Counted from the first letter of the stretch, positions 48,622 through 58,901 are shown. The stretch: 64,000 nt of DNA from Chloroflexota bacterium (GCA_016190445.1 JACPQL010000041.1:215-64214), one strand, 5' to 3'. The notes: a model not told the origin generated them from the letters alone. Numbers and translations are program-made.

Positions 48622-48785
48622 AATCATCACAGAATCCCTCACCCCCTGTGTCCCCCTCTCCCTTGCCAAGGGAGAGGGGGACGAAAAGGCATCTGGGGGA
48701 CACCCCCAGACCCCCGTCAGAGGGGGCAAAGCCCCCTCTGAACTCCCCCAACCTGAGCCCTGCGGCACGTTCCAAGCACTTCACG
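48617..48785. mobile_element. MITE-like repeat at the argF/der junction
   Basis: CATGAA...TTCACG ends; internal hairpins homologous to 62957-63114 (inverted) and to the 23592 tandem unit. Confidence 0.75.
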
Positions 48786-50165
48786 GCGACCCTCCCCGCT
48801 CCGGGGGGGGCCTTGCCTGTGGTGGCCATAGTGGGGCGGCCCAACGTCGGCAAGTCCAGCCTGTTCAACCGGCTGCTGGGCCAGCGAAGGGCCATCGTGG
48901 CTGACTTGCCTGGTACCACCCGGGACCGCGTGACCGGGGAGGCCACGTGGGGTGGCCGGACGCTCACGATGGTGGATACGGGTGGCCTGGTAGTGGAGCC
49001 GGACTCCAGCCTGTGGGCCCAGGTGAAGCTTCAGGTGGAGGCCGCCATGGCGGAGGCGGATGTCATCATCTTCGTCACCGACGCCGCCCAGGGGATTATG
49101 CCGGGAGACCTGCAGATCGCTGACCTGCTGCGGCGCTCCGGCAAGCCTGTTGTGCTGGCCGCTAACAAGGTGGACAACCCTCGCAGGGACCTGCTGGCCC
49201 TGGAGCTGTACGAGCTGGGCCTGGGCGACCCCGTACCTGTGAGCGCCTATCACAACCTGGGTATTGACGACCTAGTGGCCAGCGTGCTGGCAGCTTTGCC
49301 GCGGCCCTTTATGGAGGTGGAAGCTGCGAAGGACATTCTTCACCTGGCCATTGTAGGCCGCACCAACGTGGGCAAGTCCATGCTCCTGAACGCCATTCTG
49401 GGTGAGGAGCGGGCCATAGTGAACGAGATGCCAGGTACGACCCGGGATGCCCTGGACACCCCATTCCGCTACGGCGACCAGGCGATGGTGCTGATAGACA
49501 CGGCAGGCATCAGGCGCAGGGGGCACATCCAGCCCGGGGTGGAGCAGTTCAGCGTGCTGCGGGCACTGGACGCCGTCCGACGCTGCGATGTGGCGCTCGT
49601 GGTGCTGGATGCCTCGGAGCTCGCCACAGCCCAGGACCTGCACGTCGCGGGGGTGGTGGTGGAGTCGTTCAAGGGCATGGTAGTGGTGGTCAACAAGTGG
49701 GACATGGCTCCAGAGCTGGAGCTGGATGCGGCAGAGGTGCGGCAGTCGCTCCTGGAGAGACTGAAGTTCATGCCTCACGCGCCCATCCGGTTCGCCTCGG
49801 CGCTGCGTCGGGAGGGCATCTCGGAGGTGTTGGATGCCTGCATGGACGTTTACCGGGACCGCATGCGCTGGATACCCCATGGCCACCTTCAGAAGGTGGT
49901 GATGGAGGCGGCGAGCCGCCACCTGCCCCCCAAGCAGGGGAGCCGGGTGCTTCGCATTCGGGGAGTGCGCCAGGAGGGGGTCAACCCGCCCTCCTTCACA
50001 TTTTTCATAAACAACCCGGACCTGGCCCACTTTTCCTACCAGCGGTACCTGGAGAACGCCCTGCGTCGTGCCTTCGGATTCCGCGGCTCCAGGCTGCGGA
50101 TGGAGTTCCGAGGGCGGCAGGCCAGCCGGGTGGGTGGGCAGGGGCGGGGGAAGGGTCTGACGTAA
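48618..50165 (+). CDS. der: Ribosome biogenesis GTPase Der (EngA); start uncertain (48618 or TTG ~48813)
   Basis: Two G domains (GRPNVGKS/DTGG/NKVD and GRTNVGKS/DTAG/NKWD); der-plsY-gpsA synteny. Confidence 0.93.
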   Translation: MKSSQNPSPPVSPSPLPRERGTKRHLGDTPRPPSEGAKPPLNSPNLSPAARSKHFTATLPAPGGALPVVAIVGRPNVGKSSLFNRLLGQRRAIVADLPGTTRDRVTGEATWGGRTLTMVDTGGLVVEPDSSLWAQVKLQVEAAMAEADVIIFVTDAAQGIMPGDLQIADLLRRSGKPVVLAANKVDNPRRDLLALELYELGLGDPVPVSAYHNLGIDDLVASVLAALPRPFMEVEAAKDILHLAIVGRTNVGKSMLLNAILGEERAIVNEMPGTTRDALDTPFRYGDQAMVLIDTAGIRRRGHIQPGVEQFSVLRALDAVRRCDVALVVLDASELATAQDLHVAGVVVESFKGMVVVVNKWDMAPELELDAAEVRQSLLERLKFMPHAPIRFASALRREGISEVLDACMDVYRDRMRWIPHGHLQKVVMEAASRHLPPKQGSRVLRIRGVRQEGVNPPSFTFFINNPDLAHFSYQRYLENALRRAFGFRGSRLRMEFRGRQASRVGGQGRGKGLT

Positions 50166-50166
50166 G

Positions 50167-50796
50167 ATGGCCTACTTCGTAGCAATTCTTGTCGCGTACC
50201 TGCTGGGCAGCATCCCATTCGGGGTGCTGGTGGTGCGCCTGGTCAAGAAGGTGGACGTCCGGGAGTATGGGAGCGGCGTCACAGGGGCGACCAACGTGCT
50301 GCGCACCGCGGGGCCAGGGCCGGCGGTGGTGGCGTTGGTGGGAGACCTGGGAAAAGGGGCGCTGGCCGTCCTCATCGCACGTCTCTTATCGGACGCGCCT
50401 GTGGCCCACGCTCTGGCGGGCATCGCGGTGGCGGTGGGCCACATCTGGCCCGTGTTTGCCCGGTTCCGCGGCGGGCGAGGAGTCCTCACCGGCCTGGGGG
50501 GGACTCTGGTGCTGGCGCCGTGGGCGGGGCTGGCCGCCGTGGCGGTCTTCCTGCCTGTGGTAGCCGTCAGCCGGTTCGTCTCTCTGGGCTCCATCACCGC
50601 TGCGACAACTGCCTTCGTCGTCGTCGTTGGTACCACCCTGGCAGGGAGTTACCCCATGCCATATCTGGCCTTCGCTCTAGTCGTAGGCCCTTTACTGGTG
50701 CTCAGGCACGGGCCGAACATCCAACGCTTGATCAAGGGCACCGAGCACCGCCTGGGCCAGAGGGCAAGGAGCCGGAAGCCGGAGCCTGAGGCTTAG
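50167..50796 (+). CDS. plsY: Glycerol-3-phosphate acyltransferase
   Basis: YLLGSIPFG, GSGVTGATNVLR, GHIWP...GGRGV, RHGPNIQRL. Confidence 0.95.
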   Translation: MAYFVAILVAYLLGSIPFGVLVVRLVKKVDVREYGSGVTGATNVLRTAGPGPAVVALVGDLGKGALAVLIARLLSDAPVAHALAGIAVAVGHIWPVFARFRGGRGVLTGLGGTLVLAPWAGLAAVAVFLPVVAVSRFVSLGSITAATTAFVVVVGTTLAGSYPMPYLAFALVVGPLLVLRHGPNIQRLIKGTEHRLGQRARSRKPEPEA

Positions 50797-50798
50797 CC

Positions 50799-51815
50799 GT
50801 GGCGCACGTCGCTGTCATCGGCACCACCGGCTGGGGGACCACCCTGGCCGTCATCCTGGCCCGCCGCGAGATTCCGGTGGCACTGTGGGCCAGGACAGGG
50901 GAGGAGGCGGAGCGCCTGGGACGGGACCGCCAGCACGCCCAGCGCCTGCCCGGCGTACCCTTCCCACCCACCCTTACGGTGACTGCCTCAGTCGCGGAGG
51001 CCCTGGCAAAGGCCAACCTGGTGGTGTATGCCGTGCCGTCCAACTGGCTGCGCTGGAACGTCCAAGCCACCGCAGCCCACCTGCCACGGAGATGCCTCGT
51101 CCTCGCCGCCTGCAAAGGTCTGGAACGGGACACGAGCAAGCGAATGAGCCAGGTGCTGGCAGAGGAGCTATCACCCAGGCAGCAGGGGGCCATCTGTGTG
51201 CTGTCGGGGCCCAACCTGGCCCTGGAGATAGCGGCGGGCAAGCCCGCCTCCACCGTCGTGGCTTCGGAGCGGGAGGAGACCGCCGTAAAGGCCCAGGAGA
51301 CGCTGAACTCGACCAGCTTTCGTGTATATACCAACACCGACGTCACGGGCGTGGAGCTTGGAGGGGCGCTGAAGAACATTGTGGCCATCGGCGCCGGCAT
51401 AAGCGACGGTCTGGGCTACGGGAACAACGCCAAGGCGGCCTTCATCACCAGGGGGCTGGCGGAGATCACCCGCCTGGGGGTGGCCGCGGGGGCAAACCCT
51501 CTCACCTTCGCCGGTCTGGCTGGTCTGGGGGACCTGGTGGCCACGTGCAATAGCTCCCTCAGCCGCAACAGGCATGTGGGGGAGCAGTTGGCCCGGGGCA
51601 GGAAGCTGGAGGAGGTGCTGGCCTCCATGCACCAGGTGGCGGAAGGTGTGGACACCACGGCGGCGGCCCTGGGCATGGCCCGAGGGCTGGGTGTGGAGAT
51701 GCCCATAGCCGAGGTGACCTACCGGGTGCTGTTTGAGGGCCTGGACATCCACCATGCCATCGCCGAGCTGATGGGCCGCGCTCCTCGGCCTGAGTGGTCG
51801 GGCATACGGCAGTAG
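50799..51815 (+). CDS. gpsA: NAD(P)H-dependent glycerol-3-phosphate dehydrogenase
   Basis: WGTTLA, SGPNLA, GGALKN, GDLVATC...SRN. Confidence 0.95.
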   Translation: MAHVAVIGTTGWGTTLAVILARREIPVALWARTGEEAERLGRDRQHAQRLPGVPFPPTLTVTASVAEALAKANLVVYAVPSNWLRWNVQATAAHLPRRCLVLAACKGLERDTSKRMSQVLAEELSPRQQGAICVLSGPNLALEIAAGKPASTVVASEREETAVKAQETLNSTSFRVYTNTDVTGVELGGALKNIVAIGAGISDGLGYGNNAKAAFITRGLAEITRLGVAAGANPLTFAGLAGLGDLVATCNSSLSRNRHVGEQLARGRKLEEVLASMHQVAEGVDTTAAALGMARGLGVEMPIAEVTYRVLFEGLDIHHAIAELMGRAPRPEWSGIRQ

Positions 51816-51825
51816 GCGAGGGGCC

Positions 51826-52479
51826 GTGCCAGAAGCTACCCTTGCAACCATTTTCGTGACCTCCTTCATAGTTGGCCTCTCCGGCGCCATGTCGCCGGGG
51901 CCGCTGCTGGCCTTCGATGTCAAAGAGACAACCCGCATAGGCTTCTGGGCTGGCCCAAGCGTGACCCTGGGGCATGCGGTGCTGGAGGCGGTGGCGGTGG
52001 TGCTCCTGGCCCTGGGGGCCAGCCGGTTCCTGCGGGATGGGCCTGCGGTGGCGGCCATCTCCCTTGCGGGTGGCGCCTTCCTGCTGTGGATGGGCTGGGA
52101 TATTCTGAGGGCTCCTGCCCGCGGTCTCCCGTCCAGGACAGAGGGGGCTCGCCTTTCCCCACGGCCTCAGAGGGGCACGGTGCTGGGTGGGGCGCTGGTG
52201 AGCCTCTCCAACCCGTTCTGGGCACTCTGGTGGGCCACCCTGGGCACCACCTACATCGTGTGGTCTCTGGAGCTGGGCGCGGCGGGCCTGGCCTCCTTCT
52301 ACACGGGCCACATATTCTCGGACCTGGCGTGGTATAGCCTGGTCTCGCTAGCTATAGCTTCGGGCCGACGGTTCATGGGTGGTGTGGTGTACCGGGGCGT
52401 GATGGTGACGTGCGGTCTCTCCCTGTGGGCCATAGGGGGGTTCTTTCTGTACCGGGGGATGCAGGCGCTGGTGGCCTAG
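51826..52479 (+). CDS. LysE-family translocator
   Basis: GAMSPGP, GHAVLE, SLSNPFWALWW; about six TM helices. Confidence 0.85.
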   Translation: MPEATLATIFVTSFIVGLSGAMSPGPLLAFDVKETTRIGFWAGPSVTLGHAVLEAVAVVLLALGASRFLRDGPAVAAISLAGGAFLLWMGWDILRAPARGLPSRTEGARLSPRPQRGTVLGGALVSLSNPFWALWWATLGTTYIVWSLELGAAGLASFYTGHIFSDLAWYSLVSLAIASGRRFMGGVVYRGVMVTCGLSLWAIGGFFLYRGMQALVA

Positions 52480-52480
52480 C

Positions 52481-53443
52481 TCATCTCTCTACCGGCAGCG
52501 AAGGGTCGTTGCCCCACTCCTCCCATGAGCCATCGTACAGGCGTACCTTGTCGTACCCGATGAGCCGGAGGACAAAATAGCCGTGGGCACCCCGGACCCC
52601 TGTCTGGCAATAGGTGACGACCTCCTTGTCAGGAGAAGCGCCAACTGCCAGGTACATGGCCCTCAACTCACTCTGCGACTTGAAGGTGCCTTCCTCATCA
52701 AGGGCCTGCTCCCAGGGGACGTTGACCGCCCCCGGGATATGGCCGCCCCGCTCGGAGAGCGCCGTCGCCCCCGTGTACTCTTTGGGCGCACGCACATCGA
52801 GGAGAGCAACGCCCTTGTCCTTCAGCGCCGCCAGGACATAGCTCTTGTCGGCGATATGGTCCTGGTTTGGCGCCAGGGCCAGGCTGGCCGTCTTGGTCTC
52901 AGGCACGTCTGTGCTCAGGGAGCGACCTTCCCTCTGCCACCGGGCGAAGCCGCCGTTCAGGAGGCTGACGTCCGCCTTGCCGTAGTAGTCCAGGACCCAG
53001 AAGATGCGGGCGGCCCACATTCCGCGGTCATCGTCGTAGATGACCACCCGGCTGGCATCGCCGATGCCCAAGGGCTCCAGCACCCGCTGGACCTGCTCCG
53101 ACGGGCCGACCATCCCCCGCACCGGGCCATCACTGTTCAGGGCCAGGGGGTCCAGATTAACGGCCCCCGGAATATGGCCCTGCCTGTAGCTGACCGAGGA
53201 GCGCACGTCCAGGACCACGAGGCCATCATTCCCCAGGTTCGCTGCCAGCCAGTCCGGCTCCGTCAGCAGCTCCGCCCGCGCATATGCTGGGGCCTGGCTT
53301 GCTTGCGTAGCTACCTCGCCCGCTGGAAGGGACGGGCCACCATTGCAGGCCGCGGCGAGCCCCAGCACCACAAGGAGGGATGCAAGCCACCTGGTGCTTC
53401 GCGCCAGTCCTGCGCCGGGCCAAGGTGTCATACGGCTTATCAC
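52481..53443 (-). CDS. Tandem-rhodanese sulfurtransferase with lipoprotein signal
   Basis: LGLAAAC lipobox, two GHIPGA motifs, active site YCQTGVR, YDGSWEEW. Confidence 0.88.
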   Translation of the reverse strand: MISRMTPWPGAGLARSTRWLASLLVVLGLAAACNGGPSLPAGEVATQASQAPAYARAELLTEPDWLAANLGNDGLVVLDVRSSVSYRQGHIPGAVNLDPLALNSDGPVRGMVGPSEQVQRVLEPLGIGDASRVVIYDDDRGMWAARIFWVLDYYGKADVSLLNGGFARWQREGRSLSTDVPETKTASLALAPNQDHIADKSYVLAALKDKGVALLDVRAPKEYTGATALSERGGHIPGAVNVPWEQALDEEGTFKSQSELRAMYLAVGASPDKEVVTYCQTGVRGAHGYFVLRLIGYDKVRLYDGSWEEWGNDPSLPVER

Positions 53444-54351
53444 CTGGGGGGTCCTCCTGTCACTATGGCCACCCAGTCCCCTTCAAAGAGGCGCTCTCTA
53501 GTGAGCATTCCCGCGCCCAGAAAGGCCTCCTCCACCTGGGCCGCCTGCTTCTCCAGCATGCCAGAGGCCACCAGCGTGCCCTCCGGGCGCAGCGCTGATG
53601 CCAGGGCGCCTGCCATCGCTGTCAAGGTGCGGGCGGTGATGTTTGCCAAGACCAGGTGAAAGGCGCCCGCGGGCACCCTCGGGTAGGGCAGGGTGCCCCG
53701 GTACAGCCGTACCTGGGAAGAGACGCCGTTGGCCCGCACGTTGACCCGGGCCACCCGGATGGCCACGGGGTCTATGTCCACGCCCACAACCCGGCTCGCC
53801 CCCAGCTTGGCAGCGGCGATGCTGAGGATGCCGGAGCCGCTTCCCACATCCAGCACCTCCATGCCGGGAAGAGAGAGTCGCTCCAGGGCCTCCAGGCACA
53901 TTCGGGTGGTGGGATGGTACCCCGTGCCGAAGGCCATGCCGGGGTCCAGCTCCACCACGGCATCCTCAGGGCCGGGGATGTAGGACTGCCATGAGGGTTT
54001 GACCACAATGCGCCGTCCCACGCGCATGAGGTTGAAGTGCGACTTCCACACCTGCTCCCACTCGTTCTCCTCCACCTCCCTTTCGGCGGGCTCGGGCAGC
54101 GGACAGAGGTGGGAGACCAGGGCCAGGCCCACTCGGATGTGCTCCCGGGCACTCCATAGGGTCCGGTCCATCGGCAGGTAGCCTATGCAGGTGGCGTCGC
54201 GGTACCGCGAAGGGGGCTGTGGGTCGTTCTCAGGGTCGTAGCCGTCCTCCACCACCGCGACAGCACCCTTTCCGTAGCGGCGCAACATCTCAGCGACGGG
54301 CTCCACGAACTCCGCGGGCACCCGGACGCTGAGTTCAAGCCATCTGCTCAC
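53440..54351 (-). CDS. prmA: Ribosomal protein L11 methyltransferase
   Basis: [28 protein letters not shown]. Confidence 0.95.
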   Translation of the reverse strand: MSRWLELSVRVPAEFVEPVAEMLRRYGKGAVAVVEDGYDPENDPQPPSRYRDATCIGYLPMDRTLWSAREHIRVGLALVSHLCPLPEPAEREVEENEWEQVWKSHFNLMRVGRRIVVKPSWQSYIPGPEDAVVELDPGMAFGTGYHPTTRMCLEALERLSLPGMEVLDVGSGSGILSIAAAKLGASRVVGVDIDPVAIRVARVNVRANGVSSQVRLYRGTLPYPRVPAGAFHLVLANITARTLTAMAGALASALRPEGTLVASGMLEKQAAQVEEAFLGAGMLTRERLFEGDWVAIVTGGPPR

Positions 54352-55502
54352 GCCTTATCGCTACCTGTGAAGCTATCGCGAATGCGGTCGAACAGGCCCT
54401 TGTGGTCGCCGTCTTGGGAGGCGGTGGAGCGCTCCAGGGAGGTGGCCAACTCCTCCAGGAGGCGACGTTGGTGCTGGTCCAGGTGCTGCGGCGTCATCAC
54501 GCGCACCGTGATGACCTGGTCACCCCGGCCACCACCCCGAAGGCGCCGCACACCCTTGCCCTTGAGGCGGAGCACAAGCCCCGATTGGGTGCCGGCGGGG
54601 ACCCTCACCGTCTCGGTGCCGTCCACAGTAGGCACCTCAACGGTGGCCCCCAGGGCAGCCTGCGCGAAGTTGATGGGGAGGTCCAGCAGAATGTCGGCGC
54701 CGTCCCGCCGGAAGAACTCGTGCTCTCGCACGTGCAGCGTCACATACAGGTCTCCAGGAGGCCCGCCGTTCCTGCCAGCGTCTCCCTCCCCCGTGAGGCG
54801 GAGTTGGGAGCCCTCGTCCACGCCGGAGGGCATGGTTACCACCAGGCGCCTTTGGCTCCGTTGCAGACCGGCGCCCAGACACCCCTGACACGGGTTGGTG
54901 ATGCGCTGGCCACGCCCACCGCATGCCGGACATGTGACCACCTGTACAAACTGGCCAAAGATGCTCTGCTGGGCACGCCTTACCTGCCCCGCGCCGCGGC
55001 AGTTGGCGCACCGCTCGGGGGTGACGCCCTGGGCGCTGCCGCTTCCGCTACAGCGCTGGCACCGCTCTGTGCGCTCCAGGGATATCTCTTTCTCTGTTCC
55101 GAAGACCGCCTCCTCAAAGGCCAGGGTCAGGGTGGCGTGGAGGTCGGCGCCCCGCACTGGGCCGGAGCGGGCCCTGGTGCCGGAAAAGCCGCCGAAGAAG
55201 GCATCGAAGATGTCGCCGAAGCCGCCCACGGTGTCGAACCCCTCGAAGCCACGGCCAAAGTCGGTCCCTGCCTGGGTCCCCACTCCAGCATGGCCGAACA
55301 TGTCGTATCTCTGGCGCTGCTCGGTATCGGAGAGGACGTGGTAGGCCTCGTTGATCTCCTTGAACTTGTCCGTGGCGTCGGGCGACTTGTTCCGGTCGGG
55401 GTGGTAGTCCAACGCCTTGCGCCGGAACGCCCTTCTGACCTCTTCCTCAGAGGCGTTCCGTTGGACCCCCAACACGTCGTAGTAATCTCGCTTGGATGCC
55501 AT
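54348..55502 (-). CDS. dnaJ: Chaperone DnaJ
   Basis: HPD J-domain, G/F region, four CxxCxGxG repeats. Confidence 0.97.
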   Translation of the reverse strand: MASKRDYYDVLGVQRNASEEEVRRAFRRKALDYHPDRNKSPDATDKFKEINEAYHVLSDTEQRQRYDMFGHAGVGTQAGTDFGRGFEGFDTVGGFGDIFDAFFGGFSGTRARSGPVRGADLHATLTLAFEEAVFGTEKEISLERTERCQRCSGSGSAQGVTPERCANCRGAGQVRRAQQSIFGQFVQVVTCPACGGRGQRITNPCQGCLGAGLQRSQRRLVVTMPSGVDEGSQLRLTGEGDAGRNGGPPGDLYVTLHVREHEFFRRDGADILLDLPINFAQAALGATVEVPTVDGTETVRVPAGTQSGLVLRLKGKGVRRLRGGGRGDQVITVRVMTPQHLDQHQRRLLEELATSLERSTASQDGDHKGLFDRIRDSFTGSDKA

Positions 55503-55621
55503 TTGCCAGACCCTATCAGCTTAGCCAGACATCAATATATATTAAGGTATCACACGATGGGGAGAATAAGACAGGGGCTGGCCGGCGGCAAGCCCCTGCA
55601 TAATGATTATAGCTCCGCATG

Positions 55622-56650
55622 TCACGGGCTGTATCCGTAGAGCCCGGCCAGCAGGCGACCCATGCACAGGGAGATGTACTGCACCCCAGCGATAGCTGTG
55701 GTGTAGTCCAGTCTGGTGGGGCCCATGACGCCCACCACGCCCATGGATTGCCCCGGAATGCCGTACTGGCACAGCACCACACTGAAAGGCCGCAGGAGGT
55801 CCCGCCCGTTCTCCTCGCCGATGAGCACGCAAACGCCGGGGTGGCCCTGCACCGCCGTCAGCAGGTTGCTTACCAGCTCCCGGTCCTCCACCACCTCCGC
55901 CACCTCTCGGGCCCGCTGGCCAGAGGCGAACTCCGGCTGGGCGAGCATGTGCCGCAGCCCCTCCACCCACACATCCCTAAAGGCGGCCCGATCCTCTGCC
56001 TCCATTAGCGAATGGGCCTCCCGCGTCACCAGGGCCTCCAGGGGCGATACCTCTTCCGCAGGCATCACAGCCATCTGGTGGCGGTCTTTCTCGGCAAAGC
56101 GGGCGCTCAGCTTGTTGGCCAAAGCGGTCAGGTCTTGCTGGGCCACGTTGTCGGGAAGACGCAGAAGCTGCTGGCGGACCCGCGCTGACTGAAGCACCAG
56201 CACAAGAAGGGCCAGGAACTCCTGAAGCCGCACCAGTTGGAGGTATTTGAGGCGCGACTGGATGGCGCTGGGGAATGTGACCATGGCCACGTTCCGGACT
56301 GCCTGGGAGAGGATAGTAGCAGCCACGCGGCTCCATGCCTCCGGCTCTCGAGACACCACCCGGAACCGGTGCTGCACCAGCCACCGCATATCGGAAGGGG
56401 GCTGGTGGTCCTGCCCCATGTGCTCCACGTAGAAGCGGTACCCCTTGTCCGAGGGCACCCCTCCTCCCGAGACGTGGCGCCGGGAGATGTACCCCTCCTC
56501 CTCCAGCTCCGCCATGTCGTTGCGGACTGTGGCCGGGCTCACCCCCAGGGCGGGATGGCGGGCGACCTGCGCCGATCCCACCGGGCTGGCGGTGTGGATG
56601 TAGTCACGCACAAGGATATTCAGGATAGCCTTTTTGCGCGTGCTCAGCAC
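55622..56650 (-). CDS. hrcA: Heat-inducible transcription repressor HrcA
   Basis: SPATVRNDMAELE, PSDKGYRFYV, IGEEN, GPTRLDY. Confidence 0.95.
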   Translation of the reverse strand: MLSTRKKAILNILVRDYIHTASPVGSAQVARHPALGVSPATVRNDMAELEEEGYISRRHVSGGGVPSDKGYRFYVEHMGQDHQPPSDMRWLVQHRFRVVSREPEAWSRVAATILSQAVRNVAMVTFPSAIQSRLKYLQLVRLQEFLALLVLVLQSARVRQQLLRLPDNVAQQDLTALANKLSARFAEKDRHQMAVMPAEEVSPLEALVTREAHSLMEAEDRAAFRDVWVEGLRHMLAQPEFASGQRAREVAEVVEDRELVSNLLTAVQGHPGVCVLIGEENGRDLLRPFSVVLCQYGIPGQSMGVVGVMGPTRLDYTTAIAGVQYISLCMGRLLAGLYGYSP

Positions 56651-56687
56651 GCCAGATGCTTCTACCACGGCAAACACCTGCCCCCTG

Positions 56688-56714
56688 CTAGCACTCTGCA
56701 AACACAAGTGCCAG
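56688..56714. promoter_or_regulatory. CIRCE operator upstream of hrcA
   Basis: CTAGCACTC-N9-AAGTGCCAG versus consensus TTAGCACTC-N9-GAGTGCTAA. Confidence 0.85.
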
Positions 56715-56725
56715 AGGATGCTTCG

Positions 56726-56754
56726 AATCTAGCACGGCGACCAGGGGGTGTCAA
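56726..56754 (-). promoter_or_regulatory. sigma70-type promoter of hrcA
   Basis: TTGACA, N17, TAGATT with a TG extension, just upstream of the CIRCE. Confidence 0.75.
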
Positions 56755-56878
56755 GCTGGCCCACCTCGCTCACATTGACCCTATGGCGTGGCCTTTGCTA
56801 TACTCCGGCAGCGGCTGACAGACCGGACTCCCAGCCGGCTCTTATCCACGAGACCAGACTTGTGCAGGAGGGCCCTTT

Positions 56879-57601
56879 ATGCGTCTCACCGCCAAGGGTG
56901 CTACCCTGGCCGACGTCCTGGTAGCGCCGCTATCCATGCCCTGGGTCCTGCGGGATGCCGTCCTGGTGGTGGGGTTCACCTTCTTTACCGCAGTTTTCGC
57001 GCAGATCGCCGTGAACCTCCCTTTCACCACCGTCCCCATAACGGGACAGACCTTCGCCGTCCTGCTAACAGGCGGGGCCTTGGGGAGCAGGCGAGGGGCC
57101 GCCAGCATGGTGCTCTACATCCTGTGGGCGCTCATCGGCATTCCCGTCTTCGCGCCATTGCCCAGCACCATTGGGGATGTCACCGTCCACTTCATCCTGC
57201 CCTGGAAGGGGACCGCAGGGCCCATATGGAACCTTACCAGCGGCGGCTACATACTTGGCTTCATCCTGGCCACCTATGTTATCGGCCGCCTGGCGGAGCG
57301 GGGATGGGATAGGGGGTGGCGGGTGAACCTGGCCATGCTGCTGGGCAACCTGGTCATTTACCTGCCGGGGCTGGCCTGGCTGGGCTACGTGATAGCATCC
57401 CATCGCCTGGATGCCCAGCTAGGGTTTCCCGTGGGCAACTACCAGGGCCTCTACGACTTCATCCCCGGACGCCACGCCGTGGACAAGGCACTGGTGGGCG
57501 GCCTCTATCCTTATCTGATGGGGGACATGATCAAGCTGTACCTGGCGTCCCTCACCCTGCCCGGCGCCTGGGCGCTGGTGCAACGTTGGCGGAGGAAGTG
57601 A
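56879..57601 (+). CDS. bioY: Biotin transporter BioY (ECF S-component)
   Basis: VPITGQTFAVLL, GIPVFA, SGGYILGF, GDMIK. Confidence 0.9.
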   Translation: MRLTAKGATLADVLVAPLSMPWVLRDAVLVVGFTFFTAVFAQIAVNLPFTTVPITGQTFAVLLTGGALGSRRGAASMVLYILWALIGIPVFAPLPSTIGDVTVHFILPWKGTAGPIWNLTSGGYILGFILATYVIGRLAERGWDRGWRVNLAMLLGNLVIYLPGLAWLGYVIASHRLDAQLGFPVGNYQGLYDFIPGRHAVDKALVGGLYPYLMGDMIKLYLASLTLPGAWALVQRWRRK

Positions 57602-57602
57602 G

Positions 57603-58241
57603 TTGGAGATCACATGGCTGGGGCATGCCTGCTTCTTGCTGCGTGGGTCCAGCGCCACCGTGCTGACGGACCCGTTCCCCGACTCGCTGGGGTTGAGCAT
57701 GGGGGCCACCACCGCCGCCGTGGTGACGGTGAGCAACAGTCACCCAAACCACTCGGCGGTGCAGGGGGTCCAGGGACGTCCCCTGGTGCTGAATGGCCCC
57801 GGCGAGTACGAGGTCTCCGGCGTCTACGTGCGGGGCGTGGGCACACCGCTCATGCCCGACGCCGACGGCACTCACCGGAACACCATGTTCATCATTGAGG
57901 TGGACGACGTGGTGCTGTGCCACGTGGGCGACCTCTCGGTGCCACTGGTGTCCCGCCAACTGGAAAAGCTGACGACCTGCGATGTGCTTTTCCTGCCGGT
58001 GGGAGGCCGCTGCACCTTGCCGATGGACCGGGTGGGGGAGATGGTGAACACTATCGAGCCTCGCCTGGTAGTCCCTATGCACTACGCTATCCCTGGGCTG
58101 ACGGTGGAGCTGGACCCGGTCGAGAAGTTCCTTCAGGAGATGGGCCACAAGGAGGCAGAGCCTCTTCCTCGCCTCACAGTCACACGCTCCAGCCTGCCCG
58201 CAGAGCGGCGCGTCGCCCTCCTGACGCCTCGTCGCTCTTAG
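57603..58241 (+). CDS. MBL-fold metallohydrolase (Lactamase_B_3-like)
   Basis: ITWLGHACF, TDPF, PGEYEV, HVGDL, VPMHY; degenerate HxHxDH (SNSHPNH). Confidence 0.85.
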   Translation: MEITWLGHACFLLRGSSATVLTDPFPDSLGLSMGATTAAVVTVSNSHPNHSAVQGVQGRPLVLNGPGEYEVSGVYVRGVGTPLMPDADGTHRNTMFIIEVDDVVLCHVGDLSVPLVSRQLEKLTTCDVLFLPVGGRCTLPMDRVGEMVNTIEPRLVVPMHYAIPGLTVELDPVEKFLQEMGHKEAEPLPRLTVTRSSLPAERRVALLTPRRS

Positions 58242-58391
58242 GCCCGCGTCGGCGATGTATCGGTAGGCCCTTGTCATTCCGGTCTTCGCCGGAATCTTTC
58301 AGGGCATCTCAACCATGGCCGTATCTGGACACCCCGACACGTCGGGGTGTGACGGGTAGTACCCCATTCCCGGGCACAGCAAACTGGGCCT

Positions 58392-58901
58392 CTAGCGCTG
58401 CGCCCGGTGCCCGGTCTTGCCCCCAGGGCGCCAGACTACGAAGACCAGCACCATCAGGGAGACGCCGGCCACCACCGCTAGCCCACCACCAACAACGCCC
58501 CACGGGAGGCCGCCGCTGCTGGCGCCGGTGGCCGAGAAGTGGAGGTCCAGCTCCTGGGTCTTGGGGCCCGACCTGCTGTCGAAGGTACCGGTCTCCAGGG
58601 CAACCCCGTTGCTCATGTGGAAGGTGACGGTCTCCCCGTAGTAGGCGGGGTCCGGCGGCGCCACCAGCAGGTTCCTGTACCGGCCACCCTCCACGGCCAC
58701 CGGGCCGCTCTCCCAGTCCTTCACCTTCCCCACCACCACAGTCCCGTCCGGGGCAGGGCCGTCTCCCAGCAAGGCGCGGCCCTCAAAGACCACCGGGTAG
58801 GTGAGAGGGACTGGTGGCGGCTCCTGCGCGCCGGCGCCCGCAACACTCAGGGCGAGGACGCACAGGAGGCCGAGCATCGCTAGTGCGAAGAGTCGTGCCA
58901 T
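58392..58901 (-). CDS. Exported hypothetical protein with C-terminal membrane anchor
   Basis: Signal peptide ending AGA^QE, a beta-rich domain (FEGRALLGDGPAPDGT), and a C-terminal TM with a basic tail. Confidence 0.75.
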   Translation of the reverse strand: MARLFALAMLGLLCVLALSVAGAGAQEPPPVPLTYPVVFEGRALLGDGPAPDGTVVVGKVKDWESGPVAVEGGRYRNLLVAPPDPAYYGETVTFHMSNGVALETGTFDSRSGPKTQELDLHFSATGASSGGLPWGVVGGGLAVVAGVSLMVLVFVVWRPGGKTGHRAQR

